From Cupriavidus necator (GTDB lineage Bacteria; Pseudomonadota; Gammaproteobacteria; Burkholderiales; Burkholderiaceae), in the NCBI RefSeq assembly GCF_016127575.1, contig NZ_CP066019.1:720001-752000 (forward strand): a stretch of DNA of 32,000 bases, given 5' to 3'. A program made the translations under genes and the position numbers. This document shows, one piece after another, positions 27,854 through 32,000 of the stretch. The notes under the pieces were generated by a model that made no database searches, had not been told where the DNA came from, and worked only from the letters and a program-made list of their open reading frames with translations. Numbering within the stretch: position 1 is the first letter of the stretch; each line of letters begins with the position of its first letter.

Positions 27854-27870
27854 GTTTTATATATGGAACA
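27854..27870. repeat. 17-nt direct repeat, copy 2 (GTTTTATATATGGAACA), overlapping the hydrolase start codon
   Basis: It matches 27640-27656 at 16 of 17 positions. The ATG inside the repeat (27863-27865) is the start of the alpha/beta-hydrolase ORF. Confidence 0.8.
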
Positions 27871-28747
27871 AAATCAGCCCCACATCCTGGCCGAGCCAGA
27901 CCGGCAGTTGCTGGAAGCCCTCGACAGCGGGTTTGCCCAGCGCGTGGTGCAGGTGGGCGCGGACGGCGAGCGCGTGGCTTACCGCAGCGGCGGGAGCACG
28001 GGCCCTGCGGTCGTGCTGCTGCACGGCATCAGTTCCGGGGCGGCGTCGTGGCTGCCGTGCGCGAGCCTGCTGGCCGCGCACGCGCGGGTGATCGCCTGGG
28101 ATGCGCCGGGCTATGGCGATTCGTCGCCGCTGCCGCAGGCGCGGCCGCTGGCGTCGGACTACGCGCAGCGGCTGGACCGGCTGCTGCAGGCACTGGGCGT
28201 GCAGCCGGCGTTGATCGTCGGGCATTCGCTGGGCGCGCTGATGGCGGCGGCCTATGTTGCCAACGCGCGCCAGCTGCCCGCGCGCCTGCTGTTGCTCAGC
28301 GTGGCGCAAGGCTACGGCGGCGCGGGCAGGGAGGCGCAGGCAAGGGAAGTGGCGCGGCAGCGGCTGGAGGCGCTGGAATCCCTGGGCGTTGATGGCCTGG
28401 CGCAACGCGGCCCGGCCCGGCTGCTGAGCGAGGAAGCCGACCCCGGCGCCCAGGCATGGGTGCGCTGGAACATGCAGCGGCTGAACCCGGACGGCTACCG
28501 CCAGGCGGTGGCGATGCTGTGCGGCGACGACATCCACGCCTACCTGGCGCGGCGCCCCGATGCCTTGCCCACGCAGATCGCCTGCGGCAGCCGCGATGTC
28601 GTCACCACGCCGCCAGCCTGCGGCACGCTGGCCGAACGCTTCGGCCTGCCGTTCTCGCTGATCCCCGATGCCGGCCACGCCTGCTATATCGACCAGGCCG
28701 CCGCCACCGCGCGGCTGATCCGCTCGGTGCTGGACGACGCCACCTGA
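27863..28747 (+). CDS. Alpha/beta-fold hydrolase
   Basis: 294 aa. It has an oxyanion region VVLLHGISSGAASW, a nucleophile elbow IVGHSLGALMAA (GxSxG), and C-terminal ..SRDVVT.. and ..PDAGHACYID.. consistent with the Asp and His of the triad. Confidence 0.88.
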   Translation: MEQNQPHILAEPDRQLLEALDSGFAQRVVQVGADGERVAYRSGGSTGPAVVLLHGISSGAASWLPCASLLAAHARVIAWDAPGYGDSSPLPQARPLASDYAQRLDRLLQALGVQPALIVGHSLGALMAAAYVANARQLPARLLLLSVAQGYGGAGREAQAREVARQRLEALESLGVDGLAQRGPARLLSEEADPGAQAWVRWNMQRLNPDGYRQAVAMLCGDDIHAYLARRPDALPTQIACGSRDVVTTPPACGTLAERFGLPFSLIPDAGHACYIDQAAATARLIRSVLDDAT

Positions 28748-28754
28748 AGCCACC

Positions 28755-28774
28755 GCGGCGGCGCCTGCCGCCGC
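28755..28774 (+). terminator. GC hairpin after the hydrolase gene
   Basis: GCGGCGGC-gcct-GCCGCCGC, 8 nt after the stop, with no U tract. It is followed by a lower-GC spacer of about 220 bp containing TATAGT, which suggests a separate promoter for the Rieske cluster. Confidence 0.4.
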
Positions 28775-28997
28775 ATCCCGAGCGGTGTCGCGCAGCTTGC
28801 GCCACCCGTTCCAGATTTCGTATGCCGATCGCGGGTTAACCCCAGTCAATTTTTGCGGCCGCGTTGTCTATAGTCGTACCTGTGTTCAATATCTAAACCA
28901 GTGTTTCATTAGTAAAACGTAGCCAGGCGATCGCAAGACCGGTCGGCGAGGCACGCGGAACACGGTCCCCCCGCTGCAAGACATGGAGCAAAGCGCA

Positions 28998-29303
28998 ATG
29001 GAAAGCCTCTCGTACAACCCGAACCTGGTGCCCTGGGAGCGTCCGGCGCCGAACAACGTGGCAGGCAAGGGCCATATCGAGCAGCCCGGCAAGGTCGCCA
29101 ACATCGTCTGGCAGACCCGCGCCGCCGCGCCGACCGCCTATGAGAACGCGCTGGGCGATGCCCTCGAAGCCGCGTTCGAAGGCGGCGCGCAGAACCCGCA
29201 GGACATCGTGCGCGCCTTCAATGACGCCGGCTTCCTGGGCGTGGACGGCCAGCCCTGGACCGAAGAGCGCTTCCTGTCCGAAATGCGCCGGCTGGGTGCC
29301 TGA
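28998..29303 (+). CDS. Small conserved-looking protein of unknown function (101 aa) with a recombinase-domain-like C-terminal motif
   Basis: The ORF is in the track (28983-29303). I prefer the second ATG (28998) because GGAG lies 9 nt upstream. Codon usage is GC3-rich like its neighbours. The C-terminus ..DIVRAFNDAGFLGVDGQPWTEERFLSEMRRLGA resembles the LN..G.....G..W.....V..IL motif of serine-recombinase 'recombinase' domains; this comes from memory, not from a search. Confidence 0.6.
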   Translation: MESLSYNPNLVPWERPAPNNVAGKGHIEQPGKVANIVWQTRAAAPTAYENALGDALEAAFEGGAQNPQDIVRAFNDAGFLGVDGQPWTEERFLSEMRRLGA

Positions 29304-29343
29304 GCCCGCCCCAGTCCAAGTCCAGCCTCGAAGCGAGAAAACC

Positions 29344-30405
29344 ATGGAATCGAACAAGCAAGCCCGCACCGAAGCCCGCCTGAACACCGGCCTGCGCAAC
29401 TACTGGTACCCGGTCGCCGCCTCGTGGGCGGTGTCCCATGCCCCGATCGGCATTACCCGCCTGAGCCAGAACATCGTGCTGTGGCGCGACGGCGAAGGCC
29501 AGGTCCACGCCCTGGAAGACCGCTGCCCGCACCGCGGCGCGCGCCTGTCGATGGGCTGGAACCTGGGCGACCGCGTTGCCTGCTGGTACCACGGCGTCGA
29601 GGTCGGCGGCGATGGCCAGGTCAAGAGCGTGCCGGCGGTGGAAAGCTGCCCGCTGGAAGGCCGCACCTGCGTGCGCAGCTACCCGGTGCAGGAGAAGGCC
29701 GGCGCCATCTTCCTGTGGTTCGGGGACCAGGCCCCGCAAGGCGAGGGCAGCCCCGACGAACTGCGCCTGCCGGAAGAACTGGTCAGCGAGGAACACAGCA
29801 ACTTCCTGTGCGTGGCGCACTGGGACTGCAACTACCGCTACGCCATCGACAACGTGATGGACCCGATGCACGGCGCCTACCTGCATGCGGTGTCGCACTC
29901 GATGGCCAGCGGCGAGAAGTCCGCCGTGATGCAGGTGCGCGAGACCGAGCACGGCCTGGTGTTCGAGAAGACCGGCCAGCGCGGCGTCAATTTCGACTGG
30001 GTGGAATTTGGCGAGACCGGCACGCTGTGGCTGCGCCTGGCGATTCCGTACCGCGCCAGCGTCGGCCCCGGCGGCCCGTTCGGCATCGTCGGCATGGCCA
30101 CGCCGGTGGATGAAGACCACTGCATGGTGTTCTTCTGGCGTACCCGCCACGTGCAGGGCTGGGAGCGCGACGTGTGGCGCTTCCTGTACCGCAACCGCCT
30201 GGAGCAGCTGCACTGGGACGTGCTGGAGCAGGACCGCGTGGTGCTGGAAATGATGGCCCCGAACGCGCGCGACCACGAGATGCTGTACCAGCACGACGCC
30301 GGCATTACCCGCGTGCGCCGCCTGCTCAAGCGCCGCGCCGAGCAGGAAGTGGCCGACGAGCCCGTCGCCATGCTGCAACCCGCCGGAGCCGCCAGCCATG
30401 CCTGA
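29344..30405 (+). CDS. Rieske [2Fe-2S] non-heme-iron oxygenase, alpha subunit only (phthalate/KshA/VanA-like class)
   Basis: 353 aa from the ATG at 29344 (MESNKQARTEARLNTGLRNYWYPVA...). The Rieske motif is CPHRGARLSMGWNLGDRVACWYHG (C-x-H-x17-C-x2-H). The mononuclear iron motif is DNVMDPMHGAYLH (D-x2-H-x4-H). Confidence 0.92.
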   Translation: MESNKQARTEARLNTGLRNYWYPVAASWAVSHAPIGITRLSQNIVLWRDGEGQVHALEDRCPHRGARLSMGWNLGDRVACWYHGVEVGGDGQVKSVPAVESCPLEGRTCVRSYPVQEKAGAIFLWFGDQAPQGEGSPDELRLPEELVSEEHSNFLCVAHWDCNYRYAIDNVMDPMHGAYLHAVSHSMASGEKSAVMQVRETEHGLVFEKTGQRGVNFDWVEFGETGTLWLRLAIPYRASVGPGGPFGIVGMATPVDEDHCMVFFWRTRHVQGWERDVWRFLYRNRLEQLHWDVLEQDRVVLEMMAPNARDHEMLYQHDAGITRVRRLLKRRAEQEVADEPVAMLQPAGAASHA

Positions 30406-31171
30406 GGCAAACACCAACAACACGCTGCTGGCCGGGCGCAAGGTGCTGGTCACCGGCGCCGCGCGCGGACTGGGCCTGGCCTTCGTCAAGGCGCTGGCCG
30501 AAGCCGGCGCCACCGTGGCCATGGCCGACATCCTGGCCGAGCGCCTGCAGCAGGAAGCCGACGCCCTGCGCGCCCGCGGCCTGAAGGTGGTGCCGGTCAC
30601 GCTGGACCTGTCCGATCCGGCCTCGGTGCAGGCTTGCGCCGAGGCCGCGGTCAAGGCGCTGGGCGGGCTCGACGGCCTGGTCAACAACGCCGCCGTGACG
30701 GATTCCGGCGGCCGTGACGCCGCCGCCATCGACATCGCCACCTGGGACCGCGTGATGAACGTCAACGTGCGCGGCACCTGGCTGATGACCACCGCCTGCC
30801 TGCCGGCGCTGCGCGCCAGCGGCCGCGGCGCCATCGTCAACCTGGCTTCGGACACGCCGCTGTGGGGCGCGCCCAACCTGCTTGCCTACGTGGCGAGCAA
30901 GAGCGCCATCATCGGCATGACCCGTTCGCTGGCGCGTGAACTGGGCAAGGACCAGATCACGGTGAACGCCGTGGCCCCGGGCCTGACGCTGGTGGAAGCC
31001 ACCGAATACGTGCCGCAGCACCGGCACGACCTGTACCGCGAGCAGCGCGCGATCACGCGCGAGCAACTGCCCGACGATGTTTGCGGCGCGGTGCTGTTTG
31101 CACTGTCCGACCTCGCCCGTTTCGTGACCGGCCAGACGCTGGCGGTCAACGGCGGCTTTGTCATGCATTGA
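30398..31171 (+). CDS. SDR-family oxidoreductase
   Basis: 257 aa. It has VLVTGAARGLGLAFVKAL, NNAAV, and the catalytic YVASKSAIIGMT. It overlaps the Rieske gene by 8 nt. Confidence 0.92.
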   Translation: MPEANTNNTLLAGRKVLVTGAARGLGLAFVKALAEAGATVAMADILAERLQQEADALRARGLKVVPVTLDLSDPASVQACAEAAVKALGGLDGLVNNAAVTDSGGRDAAAIDIATWDRVMNVNVRGTWLMTTACLPALRASGRGAIVNLASDTPLWGAPNLLAYVASKSAIIGMTRSLARELGKDQITVNAVAPGLTLVEATEYVPQHRHDLYREQRAITREQLPDDVCGAVLFALSDLARFVTGQTLAVNGGFVMH

Positions 31172-31205
31172 TCCAACCGATCCACTGAAAACAGAAGGAA
31201 TCCAA

Positions 31206-31742
31206 ATGAGCGATCTTTCTCAACCGCAAAACATCAAGCGTTCCTGGGACCAGCCGGAGAACGCTTCGTTCGACCAATGGATGGAAAGCCGCGTGGCGCG
31301 CTTCTCCACGCGCAAGTACGACTGGGACGCGCTGAAGTTCCAGGCCGACTACGACCCCAAGTACCGCCGCGCGCAGATGCGCTACCTGGGCACCGGCGGC
31401 ACCGGCGTGGCCGCCGACACCAACACCGTGCCGAGCGAGCATTTCACCTTCTCCACCATGATCATCCCGGCCGGCCATGAAGGCCCGTCGCATATCCACA
31501 CCGACGTGGAAGAGGTGTTCTTCATCCTGCGCGGCAAGGTCAAGCTGATCTTGGAAAAGGACGGCGAGCGCTACGAGACCATCCTGACCGACCGCGACCT
31601 GGTCTCGGTGCCGCCGGGCGTCTACCGCGAGGAAATCAACATCGGCGAGGAAGACGCGCTGATGTGCGTGATGCTGGGCGCGAAGAAGCCGATCACGCCG
31701 ACCTACCCGCCCGAGCATCCGCTGACGAAGATCAAGCGCTGA
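31206..31742 (+). CDS. Cupin-domain protein
   Basis: 178 aa from the ATG at 31206, with SD GAAGGAA upstream. Cupin motif 1 is GHEGPSHIHTDVEEVFFILRG (approximately G-x5-H-x-H-x3-E). The motif 2 region VSVPPGVYREEINIG lacks the usual His. Confidence 0.85.
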   Translation: MSDLSQPQNIKRSWDQPENASFDQWMESRVARFSTRKYDWDALKFQADYDPKYRRAQMRYLGTGGTGVAADTNTVPSEHFTFSTMIIPAGHEGPSHIHTDVEEVFFILRGKVKLILEKDGERYETILTDRDLVSVPPGVYREEINIGEEDALMCVMLGAKKPITPTYPPEHPLTKIKR

Positions 31743-32000
31743 TGCCGGCGAACGTCCGTCAGCACGCATCCACCGAAGCCATGAGCAGCAACCCCATCCC
31801 GGCCACGTCCGCCGCCAGCGAAACCCCGGACAAGTACATCGTCCCGGGCCTGGAGCGCGGCCTGCGCCTGCTGAGCGAGTTCAGCAGCAAGGACCGCACC
31901 ATGTCGGCAGCGGAACTGGCGCGCCGCCTGAAGGTGCCGCGCTCGACCGTGTTCCGCCTGCTGGCCACGCTGGAAATGCTGGGCTTTGTCGAGCGCGCCG
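31742..32000 (+). CDS. IclR-family transcriptional regulator, N-terminal part; continues beyond the window
   Basis: Reading ..MSSNPIPATSAASETPDKYIVPGLERGLRLLSEFSSKDRTMSAAELARRLKVPRSTVFRLLATLEMLGFVERA gives the typical IclR winged-HTH. The start is either the ATG at 31742 (TGATG overlap with the cupin stop) or the in-frame ATG at 31781. Confidence 0.85.
   Translation, partial: MPANVRQHASTEAMSSNPIPATSAASETPDKYIVPGLERGLRLLSEFSSKDRTMSAAELARRLKVPRSTVFRLLATLEMLGFVERA

Overview
The window is visibly high-GC DNA (roughly two-thirds G+C by eye, not computed). Its gene content looks like a Cupriavidus/Ralstonia-type (Burkholderiaceae) chromosome or chromid; this taxon call is an inference from Bug/TctC paralogues, the many acyl-CoA genes and codon bias, not a search result.

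I can support 29 CDSs, two of them cut by the window edges, and they are tightly packed:
- 1-3372: an operon of family III CoA-transferase, MaoC hydratase and a Bug binding protein, with a divergent LysR regulator.
- 3392-8168: a LuxR-type regulator, a 446-bp AT-enriched spacer, a VapB(RHH)/VapC(PIN) toxin-antitoxin pair and a large MscS-family channel.
- 8376-12204: a type-II HADH-like SDR, an acyl-CoA synthetase and an internally duplicated (two-HTH) TetR regulator.
- 12219-20645, all on the minus strand: two acyl-CoA dehydrogenase (ACAD) genes followed by a five-gene peptide/nickel-type ABC importer.
- 21179-24639: an MFS transporter translationally coupled to a FadB-like bifunctional enzyme.
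- 24689-27541: a DUF421 membrane protein, a second Bug binding protein and a porin.
- 27863-32000: alpha/beta-hydrolase, a small unknown protein, a Rieske oxygenase, an SDR, a cupin and an IclR regulator.

I see no rRNA, tRNA, CRISPR array, IS element, integrase, phage gene or recognisable defence system other than VapBC. Most long alternative-frame ORFs in the track are GC-driven shadow ORFs.

Nothing here is demonstrably a new system. The best candidates for undescribed biology are:
- the ACAD pair with complementary motif decay (predicted alpha2beta2 heteromer);
- the single-chain double TetR;
- the reductase-less Rieske/SDR/cupin/hydrolase cluster with its small recombinase-like-motif protein;
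- several unexplained repeats in intergenic leaders.

Motif coordinates were counted by hand and anchored to ORF-track coordinates; treat them as +/-2 nt.
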